Below, piece by piece: positions 50,082 through 61,106 of a DNA stretch of 64,000 nucleotides (position 1 is the stretch's first letter; each line of letters starts with the position of its first letter). The position numbers and the translations under genes were made by a program. The DNA lies in the NCBI GenBank assembly GCA_951813565.1, contig OX638351.1, forward strand, positions 2,304,001 to 2,368,000. The letters run 5' to 3'. Source of the stretch: an uncultured Poribacteria bacterium. Its GTDB lineage: Bacteria > Poribacteria > WGA-4E > WGA-3G. Under the pieces are notes generated by a model that worked only from the letters and a program-made list of their open reading frames with translations, made no database searches and was not told the origin of the DNA.

Positions 50082-50427
50082 TGAGGGGTGTGCATAAATA
50101 ATTCCGATGTTAAATATGTCTTAAAGGTAGTCCGCACACGCCGTGGGTTTCCGTCCACAAGTTCAAAGAGGCGCAGCATGCCACACGGGGAATGCCATAA
50201 GGCATTCGGACCCGGTGAATGACTAAAGACGAATGCGCTTGGTAGAATACGCTTTTGGTATTCTACATGATTCGCCATGATTCATACCGTTGATTTCTTG
50301 ATTTGGCGCATGCTGCGTTGATTTGGCAATGAATTGCGCAACTACAAACGCATTTCTATAAATCAAGCGGCACCTGGCGTCTGTCCCTGTCTGTGTTGAT
50401 GCGCCAAATATTTATGCACACCCCTCA
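50082..50427. mobile_element. MITE (family E) with 19-bp perfect TIR and a nested micro-element
   Basis: TGAGGGGTGTGCATAAATA / TATTTATGCACACCCCTCA; insert 50173-50325; related copy without the insert from ~58315. Confidence 0.8.
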
Positions 50428-50538
50428 TCTATATACGCCCTTTCCTAATCGGGAAATTGCACCTTCCGGTAATACCCACGTTGTTCCTGTGGGGTCATCT
50501 GGCACAACATTAAATGGTGCTGGTTTTGGATTTTGCAT
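50425..50538 (-). pseudogene. 37-codon 5' remnant of a WD40 paralogue
   Basis: MQNPKPAPFNVVPDDPTGTTWVLPEGAISRLGKGVYR*, nearly identical to the start of 50578..52488; the stop comes from the MITE end. Confidence 0.8.
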
Positions 50539-50577
50539 TGTGTTACTCCTTTACAAGTTAACACCCAGTGTCTGTTG

Positions 50578-52488
50578 TTAGTCTTGAGAACCGATAAAGG
50601 ACTTCAAATCCCACAGCAGAATTGTGCCATCAAAACTACCACTTGCCAAAAGCGTTCCATCTGGCGAAAAGGCAAGCGACTGCACATCTGTCGTATGTCC
50701 CCAGAAGGTGTGGATATTTTCACCGGTAGCAACATCCCATAAACGGATTGTCGTTTTCTCCATCCCTTTTTGCCACCAAGTTCCAGATGCGAGATACTCG
50801 CCACACGGTGAAAAGGCAAGGGCATACGCCTTTTGGTTATCCTGAGGCTGTGGTATTGTCCGGATCAGTTTCAAGTTTTCAGCACACCACAATCGGATTT
50901 CACCGAACATTCCACCTGCAATTAGGTTGCCACATGGTGAGAATGCTATTGCTGCCCTGTATGTGAGAGGTTTATCCAAAGGAAGTATCGCAATCTGTTC
51001 ACCAGATTCAACGTCCCATAACCGGACTGTTTTATCCCTTGATCCACTCGCAAGTCCTTTGCCATCTGGAGAAAATGCCAACGAACTGATGAGATCGGTG
51101 TGGCCTGTAAGCCGTTCCAATTTTTCCTTTTGTTTGAAATTCCATACACAAATTGTGTCATCTATACCTCTTCCCGCAAACCGATCACCTATTGGAGTAA
51201 ATACTATACACTCTATTGATTCCGTTTGTTGAGCAATTTCAAATTCGGCAATCGGTTCATCGGGTTTGTCAACATCCCACACGTAGACAGTCCGTTGATT
51301 ATTGGAGCGATCTCTATAAGAGGAAACAGCCAAGATGTTACCATCAGGGCGAAAAGCGAACGATTTGATGAACACTTCCTTCATTAAAGTTTTCCGTGCT
51401 TTCTTACTCACAACATCCCATAACACGACACCTCTACCTGAACGTATACATGCGAGTGTCTGTCCATCCGGTGAAAAACGGATCTGTCCCCGAGGGTAAA
51501 CAGATTCACCCAATATTGAGGATTTGTGTATGTTTTTACATTTATCCTTTTTATGCGGAGGGATATCTGCATCTGTGTCGGAGAGAGTTAATAGCGGATA
51601 TCTTTTTATACATGTAGCTTCAATACTTTCTGGATGTAAGTCCAAAACATGTAGCTTTTCACGGCGTTCTACATTCCAGACTTCAATTGTGTCTTGTCGA
51701 TCCTCAATAGCATGTAGTTCACCCTTTAGTGAGAAAAATGGGTTTTTCCTAACTGTCCCAGATTCGCTATATATCATCTTTGGCATATTCTTTCCAAATT
51801 CCCACACATTTAGTGTTTTACCTCCTTTTGTGACACACGCCAACTGACGATTGTCTGGTGAAAAAGCAAAATGTCTTCCCTCAAACTTCATAATCGGTGT
51901 TCCAGTTTCTGATGGCCATACATAAGTATTCCAACCTGCTGTAGCGGCAAGGAGTTTTCTATCAGGCGAAAAATCGAGTCGAGAAATTCCACCCTTGGTT
52001 TCATGTCCACCCCAATCCATCTCCGCGATGCGGACACCGTTTTGGAGATCCAATACTTGAACTATACCCTTAGATTGAGAGGCGGCGGCAATCCAATTGC
52101 TATCTGGAGAAAAGGTAATGTATCTATTTTTCATCCACATTATTTCTGTGATACACTCACCACTCTGAACATCTCGTATCTTAATTCTACCATCCCAATT
52201 GCCAATGGCGATCAGCTTACCATCAGACGAAAAATTGACAGCAGAAATAAGACCACGTTCCGTTTCCCACAAAGCAATGGGTGACCTTGACGACATTTCG
52301 TACCACCAGAGTCCCATAAGAGTGCCAATGACGAAATATGTGCTATCTGGAGAAATTCCTATCTCACTCTCTCTTTTTTGATAATACCCTTTCCCTAATC
52401 GCGCGAGTGTGCCTTCAGGTAATGCCCACGTTGTTCCTGTGGGGTCATCTGGCACAACATTAAATGGCGCTGGTTTTGGATTTTGCAT
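50578..52488 (-). CDS. WD40 repeat protein
   Basis: GHTD...SLAFSPDG..LASGS.D..V.LWD repeats and N-terminal LPEG..ARLGKG. Start placed at ATG 52488 using the paralogue remnant. Confidence 0.9.
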   Translation of the reverse strand: MQNPKPAPFNVVPDDPTGTTWALPEGTLARLGKGYYQKRESEIGISPDSTYFVIGTLMGLWWYEMSSRSPIALWETERGLISAVNFSSDGKLIAIGNWDGRIKIRDVQSGECITEIMWMKNRYITFSPDSNWIAAASQSKGIVQVLDLQNGVRIAEMDWGGHETKGGISRLDFSPDRKLLAATAGWNTYVWPSETGTPIMKFEGRHFAFSPDNRQLACVTKGGKTLNVWEFGKNMPKMIYSESGTVRKNPFFSLKGELHAIEDRQDTIEVWNVERREKLHVLDLHPESIEATCIKRYPLLTLSDTDADIPPHKKDKCKNIHKSSILGESVYPRGQIRFSPDGQTLACIRSGRGVVLWDVVSKKARKTLMKEVFIKSFAFRPDGNILAVSSYRDRSNNQRTVYVWDVDKPDEPIAEFEIAQQTESIECIVFTPIGDRFAGRGIDDTICVWNFKQKEKLERLTGHTDLISSLAFSPDGKGLASGSRDKTVRLWDVESGEQIAILPLDKPLTYRAAIAFSPCGNLIAGGMFGEIRLWCAENLKLIRTIPQPQDNQKAYALAFSPCGEYLASGTWWQKGMEKTTIRLWDVATGENIHTFWGHTTDVQSLAFSPDGTLLASGSFDGTILLWDLKSFIGSQD

Positions 52489-52558
52489 TGTATGAAATTC
52501 CTTTTTTATATATCGCTGAGGCACAGAGACTTCGCGCTACGATGGTCTGTGATTATAG

Positions 52559-53797
52559 TTATAGTTCTGCACGCGTCATAAAGGTGGCATAGATGGCAGA
52601 AGTCCGCACCAGATCGGGAATATGCACACGTTCATTTATAGCATGTCCCCCCTCACCCTTCGGTCCGTAACCAATTCCCGGCAAACCAGTGTTCACAAAA
52701 TAGTGTAGGTCCGTAAATCCCGCAGTACTCTTAAATTTCGGTTGATTGAATCGCACAGTCCGCACTGCATCAGCAAAACCTTGTGCCAAAGGAGAATCTA
52801 TATCTGTGATACATGGCTCAATTCGTAAGATTGCTTGCACCTCTGCTTTTAAATCCGGATAGTACTCACATGCCCCTGAAATTGCTTCTCGTAAATCAAG
52901 TTCCGCAAACTCAAGCTTTTCGTTCGGTGTAACCCGCCGATCAATTGAGAACGTGAGATGTGCCGGAACAGTATTGACTTTATCCCCTTCAGTGCCGCGA
53001 AACGTTCCACCAATGTTCATAGTTGGAAAACGTTCACCGCCATCAGGCAGTTTAAATGCGCGTTCCGGGGACTTCAAATCGCGTTTTACCCGTTGCAAGG
53101 CTAATACAAGTTCGGCTGTTTTTTCAAAAGCGTTTATCCCTTTGTCTGGTTGAGACCCGTGTACCGCTTTTCCGTGGACGTCAATTTCCAACCACAGCAC
53201 ACCGTTATGTCCGTTGCCGATGTTCATCTCTGAACCACCCTCACAGTTGACAACATAGTCCGCTTTGACCAATCCCTTCTCAACAATGTATCCTGCTCCT
53301 AACTGCCCGCCAGTTTCCTCATCACAAGTGAACGAGCATTCAATGTTAAACAACGGTTCAATGCCACTTTCCTGAACAGCCTGAATTGCAAATAGAAGTG
53401 CAGCGATGGCATCCTTCATATCATCTGCACCACGCCCGTAAAGCCACTCGCCTTCAATCTTTCCGCTGAACGGATCATCAAAACGCCACTCCCCCGCAAC
53501 TGGCACCACATCGTAATGGGCGTTAAAATGCACTGTCTTTGAAGCACCGACATCCCAACGTGCAATCAGGTTCAAGCGGGGATGGCTTGAGACATTTGAA
53601 ATAACTTGTTCAGCACGTCGTTTTGGAACCTTTACAACATTTGTTTTCATTCCCAACGTGTTGCACTTCGCCTCAAGCAGTGCAACAATCTCAGCATAAT
53701 TCTCACCCGGCGGATTAACAGTAGGAATTCTGACAAGTTCTTGTAGCAACTTACACAACGAATCTTGATTCTCCTTAATATAACTTTGTACGGACAT
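52559..53797 (-). CDS. M20 family (ArgE/DapE) metallohydrolase
   Basis: HYDVVP, GRGADDMK, DEE and H..NE. Confidence 0.9.
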   Translation of the reverse strand: MSVQSYIKENQDSLCKLLQELVRIPTVNPPGENYAEIVALLEAKCNTLGMKTNVVKVPKRRAEQVISNVSSHPRLNLIARWDVGASKTVHFNAHYDVVPVAGEWRFDDPFSGKIEGEWLYGRGADDMKDAIAALLFAIQAVQESGIEPLFNIECSFTCDEETGGQLGAGYIVEKGLVKADYVVNCEGGSEMNIGNGHNGVLWLEIDVHGKAVHGSQPDKGINAFEKTAELVLALQRVKRDLKSPERAFKLPDGGERFPTMNIGGTFRGTEGDKVNTVPAHLTFSIDRRVTPNEKLEFAELDLREAISGACEYYPDLKAEVQAILRIEPCITDIDSPLAQGFADAVRTVRFNQPKFKSTAGFTDLHYFVNTGLPGIGYGPKGEGGHAINERVHIPDLVRTSAIYATFMTRAEL

Positions 53798-53813
53798 ATA
53801 CCATATCTCCTGT

Positions 53814-54227
53814 TTAGGATACAACCGCTTGGTCACCAGCAGACAGATGCCCAACCGTTTCACCGGTCTCCGTGAAGGTACGGGTTACTTCAACAGAGGC
53901 ATAAGTCCACAAAATCTTCATGGGGGCGCCGCTTTCATTCCAAAACCGATGCGGGATACCAGCAGGAACGAACGTTGTGTCGTAGGTATTCATTGTAAAG
54001 ATTTCACCGTCGACTTCGCAGGTGGCTTCACCTTCAAGAATCGTCACAGATTCATCGCAGTTGTGGTAGTGGCGTGCAATCGCTGCACCGGGTTCAAACA
54101 TCGTTATGCCATTGGTAAGTGATGTTGAATCCAGCCACTTACCTGCCAACGGCACTGTTTGGACACCTGTGCCGCGGTCAATAGGGTTCTGTTTATCAAA
54201 ATCAATTACATGTGCTTTTGTGCTCAT
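53814..54227 (-). CDS. Cupin domain protein
   Basis: HYHNCDE...G and P.G.PHRF.N. Confidence 0.85.
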   Translation of the reverse strand: MSTKAHVIDFDKQNPIDRGTGVQTVPLAGKWLDSTSLTNGITMFEPGAAIARHYHNCDESVTILEGEATCEVDGEIFTMNTYDTTFVPAGIPHRFWNESGAPMKILWTYASVEVTRTFTETGETVGHLSAGDQAVVS

Positions 54228-54376
54228 ATTGGTAGGTCTCTTTCAGTTTGGATTTGTCATAGTTTCACATAAATACACAATAATTTCAACAAGTAATTGT
54301 GTCGTGAGTATGTTATGTTTTTGACAAAACTGTCCACCTCTTATTGTAGAGGCAATGATTTATGAGATAGGTTATT

Positions 54377-55552
54377 TCATTCACTACAAGTAAGGTGGCG
54401 TACATTTTCAAACCCGCCTATAGCATGCTCTATATCAGAATCTGTGTGCGTTGCCATCACGGTAACGCGCAAACGGCTTGTCCCTGCTGGCACAGCCGGT
54501 GGACGAATTGCAGGCGCAAACACATCCGCTGCAAGTAACGCTTCAGCCACATCTGTTGCGCGTTGCGGTTCTCCTAATATCACCGGCAAAATCTGTGTTT
54601 GGCTCGGTAATAAGGTATACCCTAAATTCGTTAACGCTGCTTTCATGGTTTCTGCATGTTTCAGTAGTTGTCGCCGCAAATTCCGTGAAGTACGCATCAC
54701 ATTGAGCGCAGCATCTGCCGCTGCCAACGTAGCAGGTGGAAGTCCTGTCGTAAAAATGAAACCACGCGCGCGGTTGATGAGTAAATCAATCAACACACGA
54801 CTTCCAGCGACATACCCTCCTAAACCACCAATTGCTTTGCTGAGCGTCCCCATCTGAATAATATTTTGTCCTTCTAATCCAAAATGTGACACAGTACCAC
54901 TCCCATCTTTTCCTAAAACGCCAAATCCGTGTGCGTCATCTATCAGTAGCATCGCATTATAATTCAATGCGGCTTCGTAAATTTCAGGTAGCGGGGCAAT
55001 ATCACCATCCATACTGAAAACACCGTCTGTTACGATAAGTCGCCGCCTAAAACCAGCAGGCTCCGCTAATAAAGTTTTTAGGTGTTCCACATCGCAATGT
55101 CGGTATACCTTTTTGGTAGCACGACTGAGACGGCATCCGTCAATAATGCTTGCATGGTTGAGCGCATCGCTTAAGATGAGGTCACCTTCGCCCACAAGTA
55201 CAGGAATAATACTTGTATTTGCCGCATAACCCGAGCTAAACACAAGTGCTGCTTCAGTTCCCTTTGTTTTCGCGAGATTAGTTTCCAAAGTTGTGTAGTG
55301 TTCAATGTTGCCCGAAAGCAGACGGGAGCCGCTTGCACCAGCACCATATACCATTGCTGCAGAAGCTGCTGCGGAAATAACCCTATGGTGCATGCTTAAC
55401 CCTAAATAGTTGTTTGAGCCGAGGTTCACAACATAGTTTCCATCAAGAGTGATTACATCTGTCGGAGGACTCATCACGGTGCGGAGGTGGCGCACCAACC
55501 CCGCTTCTTCAAGTTCTGCATATTCTGTTTGCATCCAGTCGTGATAGTTCAT
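54377..55552 (-). CDS. bioF: 8-amino-7-oxononanoate synthase
   Basis: SNNYLGL, NHASIIDG, FSMDGD, DDAH, GTLSKA and IRPPAVP. Confidence 0.9.
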   Translation of the reverse strand: MNYHDWMQTEYAELEEAGLVRHLRTVMSPPTDVITLDGNYVVNLGSNNYLGLSMHHRVISAAASAAMVYGAGASGSRLLSGNIEHYTTLETNLAKTKGTEAALVFSSGYAANTSIIPVLVGEGDLILSDALNHASIIDGCRLSRATKKVYRHCDVEHLKTLLAEPAGFRRRLIVTDGVFSMDGDIAPLPEIYEAALNYNAMLLIDDAHGFGVLGKDGSGTVSHFGLEGQNIIQMGTLSKAIGGLGGYVAGSRVLIDLLINRARGFIFTTGLPPATLAAADAALNVMRTSRNLRRQLLKHAETMKAALTNLGYTLLPSQTQILPVILGEPQRATDVAEALLAADVFAPAIRPPAVPAGTSRLRVTVMATHTDSDIEHAIGGFENVRHLTCSE

Positions 55553-55556
55553 CTCT

Positions 55557-56477
55557 TCACCCGATGAACTGCCTGAGGAAAATATGGCTCTGCCTTAAAG
55601 CGCGTTGCCGTGTTTCCAACGTCTCTTCATAAGCGCGATCCTCAACCTCAACACAGACCGAACCATCATAACCGGTATCGCTCAAGACCGAGAAAAAACT
55701 GCCCCAATTGACATCGCCAAGCCCCGGCAGTTTCGGTGTATGATACGCCAGCGGCGTAGCGAGAATGCCTACCTCATCAAGCTGTTCTCTATCTAAACGT
55801 AAATCCTTTGCATGCACATGGAAAATACGATCAGCAAAGGTAACAAGTGGTTTCAGGTAATCCATCTGCAGCCATATAAAGTGGGACGGGTCGAAATTGA
55901 GTCCGAAATTCTTGGATGGAATTTCCTCAAACATCCGTTCCCAAATCGCTGGAGAATATGCAAGGTTTTGTCCAGCGGGCCATTCGTCTTCAGTGAAAAA
56001 CATCGGACAATTCTCAATGCCGATACGGATGCCATGGTCCGCAGCGAATTGGATGAGCGGTTTCCACACCTGCTTGAACCGTTCCCAATTGTCGTCTATT
56101 GTGCGTGTCTGATCTCTGCCGATGAACGTATTTACAATGTCTATTGACAACCGTTGCGCTGCCAGTATCAGCTGTTTAAGATGTTCGCTATAGATTTTCG
56201 CTTCTGTTTCGTTAGGTGTTAGTGGGTTTGGATAGTAACCTAACCCGCTAATCGTTATCCCCGCATCTGAAACACATTGTAGAATGTCATCTGCTGCTGC
56301 ATCGGAAAGTGCCGTTACGTCAACGTGTGTAACGCCTGCATAACGTCTTTCCGCTTTTCCTTTGGGCCAGCACATCAATTCAACACAATCATAACCGGTA
56401 TCGGCGGCAAATTGGACAACCTCCGCCAATGTTTGGTCAGGCAAAATCGCACTTACAAATCCAAGTTTCATACACAA
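55557..56477 (-). CDS. Sugar phosphate isomerase/epimerase (AP endonuclease 2 TIM barrel)
   Basis: IENCP, FDPSH, HVHAKD and PGLG..W...VEVE. Confidence 0.85.
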   Translation of the reverse strand: MCMKLGFVSAILPDQTLAEVVQFAADTGYDCVELMCWPKGKAERRYAGVTHVDVTALSDAAADDILQCVSDAGITISGLGYYPNPLTPNETEAKIYSEHLKQLILAAQRLSIDIVNTFIGRDQTRTIDDNWERFKQVWKPLIQFAADHGIRIGIENCPMFFTEDEWPAGQNLAYSPAIWERMFEEIPSKNFGLNFDPSHFIWLQMDYLKPLVTFADRIFHVHAKDLRLDREQLDEVGILATPLAYHTPKLPGLGDVNWGSFFSVLSDTGYDGSVCVEVEDRAYEETLETRQRALRQSHIFLRQFIG

Positions 56478-56619
56478 CCTCCATGTCGCTTTTCAAACAT
56501 TATACTACGCATCGGACAATTTTTGGAGATATTTTAGAATCTATTTATACACTGAATTTTGTTTCAAAATATAAAAAAATATGATACAATTCACAATATA
56601 AGCCTAAAAGGAGGGAATT

Positions 56620-57435
56620 ATGACTCCTAAACAGCGATACCTATTTGATTTGACAGGTTATATCCACCTGAAAAACGTTCTCAGTGAAGTAGAATTAAAA
56701 AATGCCCAAGATGCTGTTGAACGTTGTGTCCAAACACCAGTAGACGAACTCCCGCCAGGCATTAGTTATGGCGGTGGCGGTTTTTCAAACGGCTTTTCTT
56801 ATGACAAATCGCTTGAGGCACTCACACTTCACCCAAAAACATGGCCCATTGTCCAAGAGTTGACCAGCAACAGGCCGCGTTTTAATCGGGGATCTCTGGT
56901 TGCAAAAGGTCCTGAACATGATCAAGTTATCGGCAAGCTGCACTGTGCTCGTGAAGATTGCGGATGGCAGACGCGGAGATATGTCGCTAAAAATGGGAAA
57001 ATTCACAACAACGACTTTGCAATCTTTTTCTATTTCACCGATGTCTATCCGGGTGATGGCGGATTAGTGGTATTGCCGGGTTCTCACAAAGCAGGTTTTG
57101 AAAGACCAGAAGGGATTTTCTTTCCAGACCCGGAGAATCCCTCTGATGAACTCCATCCTGCTCTCGTAAATGTTACCGCACGTGCAGGCGATGCAATCGT
57201 TATGTCCGAACTACTCACCCATGGCGTTTTAATATGGAAACCGAAGGAAAGGTATCGCCGATTTCGCATTTTGCGTTACAAGACACAGTTTTTTGAAGAT
57301 AATAGAGGACGCAGAGACCCGTTTCCACCTGAAGTGATGGAACGACTTTCCCCTGAAACCCGTGAACTTGCACAACCCGCACATTATACACATATCAAGG
57401 ATATTGTTAAACAGGAACATGTCCAGTTAACCTAA
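56620..57435 (+). CDS. PhyH-family Fe(II)/2OG enzyme (copy 1, HxA motif)
   Basis: F...GY, GGL.V.PGSHK, AGD, THG and distal Arg. Confidence 0.85.
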   Translation: MTPKQRYLFDLTGYIHLKNVLSEVELKNAQDAVERCVQTPVDELPPGISYGGGGFSNGFSYDKSLEALTLHPKTWPIVQELTSNRPRFNRGSLVAKGPEHDQVIGKLHCAREDCGWQTRRYVAKNGKIHNNDFAIFFYFTDVYPGDGGLVVLPGSHKAGFERPEGIFFPDPENPSDELHPALVNVTARAGDAIVMSELLTHGVLIWKPKERYRRFRILRYKTQFFEDNRGRRDPFPPEVMERLSPETRELAQPAHYTHIKDIVKQEHVQLT

Positions 57436-57447
57436 AAGGAACGGAGA

Positions 57448-58287
57448 ATGACACCAGAACAACGCTATTTATTTGACGTTACAGGCTATCTACATATTAA
57501 AAACGCTGTTACGGGGGACGCACTGAAAGCGGCACAAGAGGCTGTTGATAGGTATATTCACATGCCACTTGACGAACGCCCCGAAGGATTTACAACGCGT
57601 CCGCGCGAATTAGAACCAGGCAAAGGCGGTAGATATGAGCACGGATTTGCATTTGACCGATCGCTTGAAGCGATGACGGTGCATCCCGCTATCTGGCCCC
57701 TCGTCAAAGAGTTCACCTTTGATATGCCGAGGTTTGTAACAGGCACACTCACACTTGAACAACACAATCCTGACAGGCAACCGATGGGAACAAATCCTGC
57801 AGGACTGCATTGCGCACGCGAGGGACGCCACTGGCTCACACGATATGAAGTTAAGGATAGCCAAATCTACTGCAATGATTTTGTAGCGTTCTTCTACTTG
57901 ACAGATGTGAATCCTGGCGATGGTGGTCTAATAGTCATTCCGGGGTCGCATAAAAGCCAATTTGAACGCCCTGAAGACCTTCTGACACCTGGACCAGATG
58001 GCATTGATCCTGAACCAGATGACGTTTTTACCAATCTCACGCCAAAAGCAGGCGACTTCCTTGTTATCTCTGAACTCTTGACACACGGTGTTTTGCAGTG
58101 GAGACCGAAAGATCGAGATAGACGATTCCTTATTCTACGGTATCGTCCGCAATATGAAGGTAGGTCCGGACTGCCAGAACCAATCGTCAATCGCTTGTCA
58201 CCAGAGGTACAGGAATTGACAAAAACCGCGTCTTATGGACATATAAAGGAAGTTGTCAAACAGGATGTTGTCCAATTAACGGCATAG
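57448..58287 (+). CDS. PhyH-family Fe(II)/2OG enzyme (copy 2, HxA motif)
   Basis: Same motifs as copy 1; tandem paralogue. Confidence 0.85.
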   Translation: MTPEQRYLFDVTGYLHIKNAVTGDALKAAQEAVDRYIHMPLDERPEGFTTRPRELEPGKGGRYEHGFAFDRSLEAMTVHPAIWPLVKEFTFDMPRFVTGTLTLEQHNPDRQPMGTNPAGLHCAREGRHWLTRYEVKDSQIYCNDFVAFFYLTDVNPGDGGLIVIPGSHKSQFERPEDLLTPGPDGIDPEPDDVFTNLTPKAGDFLVISELLTHGVLQWRPKDRDRRFLILRYRPQYEGRSGLPEPIVNRLSPEVQELTKTASYGHIKEVVKQDVVQLTA

Positions 58288-58517
58288 CAGAAATCAGTAT
58301 GCCAAGTAAAATGCGGTGTGCATAAATAAGTTCAACGTCAGATATGTGCTTAAAGGTAGTAGGCACGCTCCGCGTGCCGTAACAAGTTAAAGAGGCGCAA
58401 TGAATTGCGCAACTACAAACGCCGTAAATCTTGATAAAAAATGTGTAGGTGTAATCTGTTTGATATTGCACAATACAATTATGAACACTTTTAGGTAAAT
58501 ATGATGGAGGAACTCCG

Positions 58518-59561
58518 ATGGAAACCACACAATACCGTGTCTGTATTGTTGGCTGTGGACGGATGGGCGGTACCATTGATGAAGAGGTGCGAGGAACGCC
58601 CCACGGTGCACTACCGTATTCACATGCTGCTGGTTACACCGCTTTTGAGCGAACAACAATTGTTGCCGGCGCAGATGTGGTTGAAGAAAAAGCAAAATAT
58701 GTCTGCGACAAATGGGACATCCCGAAGTACTATCTTGACTATAAAGAGATGATAGTGCAGGAAAAACCTGATATTATCAGCATCGCCACGCGCCCGGGAA
58801 ACCACGCCGACATCACACAATTTGCCGCAGAAAATGGTATCAAAGGTATCTATTGCGATAAACCGCTCTGTGCCTCTATGGAAGAGGCGGATGCTATGCT
58901 TGAGGTGTGCGAAAAATACAACATCAAATTCAATCTCGGTACACAGAGACGTTTTACACCTGGCTATATCAAGATGCGTGAAATCCTTGAAAGTGGCGAA
59001 TTAGGTGAGCGGCGTTCTATCATCTCCTATACGGGTGGTTCCGCTTTATGGGGCTACACTCACGCCGCCGATCTAATTCTCTTTTTAGCAAGCGATTCGC
59101 CGATAGAATACGTGCAAGGCAACGTCGCTGTTGATGATGCTGACTTTGAGGATAACCGCACCGATGCTGATCCGGGAATTGTGATGGGATTTATCCGTTT
59201 TCAGAATGGAATCAACGGTATCAGTATTCCGGGCACCGCTTATGAATTTGAAGTGAATTGTAGTGAAGGCACAGTCCGTTCCCTCAACAATGGACTCGGT
59301 TTTCAACTTCGCAAACGGCAAGGACAGTTTAATGAAATTTTAGACACGCAATTTCCGCCTTTTGAACGGAAAAGTGGCACTGTAGGGTGCATTGAGGACA
59401 TCGTTGAAGCAATTGACACCGATACTGAGACGCAAGGCAACATTCAACTTGCACATCGTAGCACCGAAATGGTCTTTGCCATCGTTGACTCGCAACGGCA
59501 GAAAGGCATTCGTGTGCCGATACCGATGGAAAACCGAGGACTCTATCTCGGAAGGTGGTAA
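58518..59561 (+). CDS. Gfo/Idh/MocA oxidoreductase
   Basis: VGCGRMG, CDKP and GTQRRF. Confidence 0.88.
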   Translation: METTQYRVCIVGCGRMGGTIDEEVRGTPHGALPYSHAAGYTAFERTTIVAGADVVEEKAKYVCDKWDIPKYYLDYKEMIVQEKPDIISIATRPGNHADITQFAAENGIKGIYCDKPLCASMEEADAMLEVCEKYNIKFNLGTQRRFTPGYIKMREILESGELGERRSIISYTGGSALWGYTHAADLILFLASDSPIEYVQGNVAVDDADFEDNRTDADPGIVMGFIRFQNGINGISIPGTAYEFEVNCSEGTVRSLNNGLGFQLRKRQGQFNEILDTQFPPFERKSGTVGCIEDIVEAIDTDTETQGNIQLAHRSTEMVFAIVDSQRQKGIRVPIPMENRGLYLGRW

Positions 59562-59565
59562 ACCG

Positions 59566-60375
59566 ATGATTACAAAATTACAAAGCATTTGTGGGAGGGG
59601 TTTAAAACCCCGAAAACTCACAAAGATTTGCGTCATTGTTTTTGGTATACTGTTTCTGCTAATCTATACAACAACTTCACCGAAAGGCGATTCGCACTCG
59701 GAAACCGACCAGACACGTCCAGCAAGCACACGCTATGCACAACGCACCCCAAGCCGAGATGGTATCGGCAAAATCTACATGGGGCGCGAAATATCGCAGG
59801 TCATGGGACATCTCGCTGCGGGATGGTTAGAACGTCCTGAACGTGAACGCGAAGAGATGCCGAATAAACTCATTGAAATGTTAAAACTAAAGGAAGGGGA
59901 TGTTGTCGCAGATATTGGAGTTGGAACAGGTTATATTGCCCGGCGTATCTCACCGAAAATAGGGGAAACAGGGACCATCTACGGTGTAGAAATTCAGCAA
60001 GAGATGCTTGACATCCTTGCTGAAAAGATGGCAGAAGAAGGTATTACCAATATCAAAGGCGTATTAGGCACGATAACCGATCCGAAACTGCCACCGAATT
60101 CGGTTGACCTCGCCATTATGGTGGATGTTTACCATGAATTTTCGCACCCGTATGAGATGATGCAGAATATCTGTCGTGCCCTCAAAGTAGGCGGTAGGGT
60201 GGCTTTTGTAGAATACCGCTTGGAAGATGACAGTGTGCCGATTAAACGCTTGCACAAGATGAGTGAATTGCAGGTGGTGAAAGAGGCGACACCACACCCG
60301 TTGTCTTGGGTAGAGACGCATGATGATCTGCCGTGGCAGCATGTTATCATTTTTGAGAAGGTTGCGGGAGAATAG
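59566..60375 (+). CDS. Class I SAM-dependent methyltransferase with N-terminal anchor
   Basis: VADIGVGTGY and DVYHE. Start placed at ATG 59566. Confidence 0.85.
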   Translation: MITKLQSICGRGLKPRKLTKICVIVFGILFLLIYTTTSPKGDSHSETDQTRPASTRYAQRTPSRDGIGKIYMGREISQVMGHLAAGWLERPEREREEMPNKLIEMLKLKEGDVVADIGVGTGYIARRISPKIGETGTIYGVEIQQEMLDILAEKMAEEGITNIKGVLGTITDPKLPPNSVDLAIMVDVYHEFSHPYEMMQNICRALKVGGRVAFVEYRLEDDSVPIKRLHKMSELQVVKEATPHPLSWVETHDDLPWQHVIIFEKVAGE

Positions 60376-60403
60376 GTGGGTTTTGCACAAATCATAAAAG
60401 TGC

Positions 60404-61048
60404 TTACGGGGCGGAGTTTTTTGCAGCTTTAAAGACAGAATCAATAGCACTAAAGAGAGCAGGCAAATTATCCACGCTAAAACTCGTTCGATTTTGGGTG
60501 AAAGTTTCACCGACAAGGTGTCCAATCTGCCAGAGTGTTCCATCGCTGACAATACCGTACACAGGATGTTCCGTATCCTCGTTGATCTTTTGAGCGGCGA
60601 CTAACTCCGCTAAACATTGTCCCCAACCAACCTCAAAATCGTTCTTCTTTGCCTCAACCATCATTATCAATGGCGTGCCGACTACAAGTTTGCCTAACTC
60701 AGACCGTGTGGAAATAAAATAATCTGGTGTCCCGCTCAAAACATCATCGTAAGTGATCGGCTTTTTTATCCAGAGCGCGTAGTCCTCAGCATACCCTTTG
60801 TAGACTTCACGCAAAACAGGGAAGATTATTGCCTCACACCGCGCACCCTCGGAGGTAAGAACATCAATATATTCACGGTTAAAATCAAATTCTTGTAAAA
60901 ATTGTTCGGAAGGACCCGCACTGTTTTCAGTTTCTATAAAGTCATTTTCCACATGCCGTATTCTGAATCTCTCTTGAACTTCAGGGATTGCTTTGAAATC
61001 ACTAAATGCCATTCTGCTGCACCTCAATGAAATCTTTTTATTTGCCAT
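60404..61048 (-). CDS. PD-(D/E)xK-type hypothetical protein (type I R N-terminal-like)
   Basis: G.PDY...VEAKK...G.GQCLAEL.AA and VYGIVSDG..W. Start uncertain (61048 or 61012). Confidence 0.7.
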   Translation of the reverse strand: MANKKISLRCSRMAFSDFKAIPEVQERFRIRHVENDFIETENSAGPSEQFLQEFDFNREYIDVLTSEGARCEAIIFPVLREVYKGYAEDYALWIKKPITYDDVLSGTPDYFISTRSELGKLVVGTPLIMMVEAKKNDFEVGWGQCLAELVAAQKINEDTEHPVYGIVSDGTLWQIGHLVGETFTQNRTSFSVDNLPALFSAIDSVFKAAKNSAP

Positions 61049-61106
61049 TCGGTATGTGATTGTCCTTGCGAACATAATAGAAAACCAAACAAAAACTATG
61101 ACAAAG

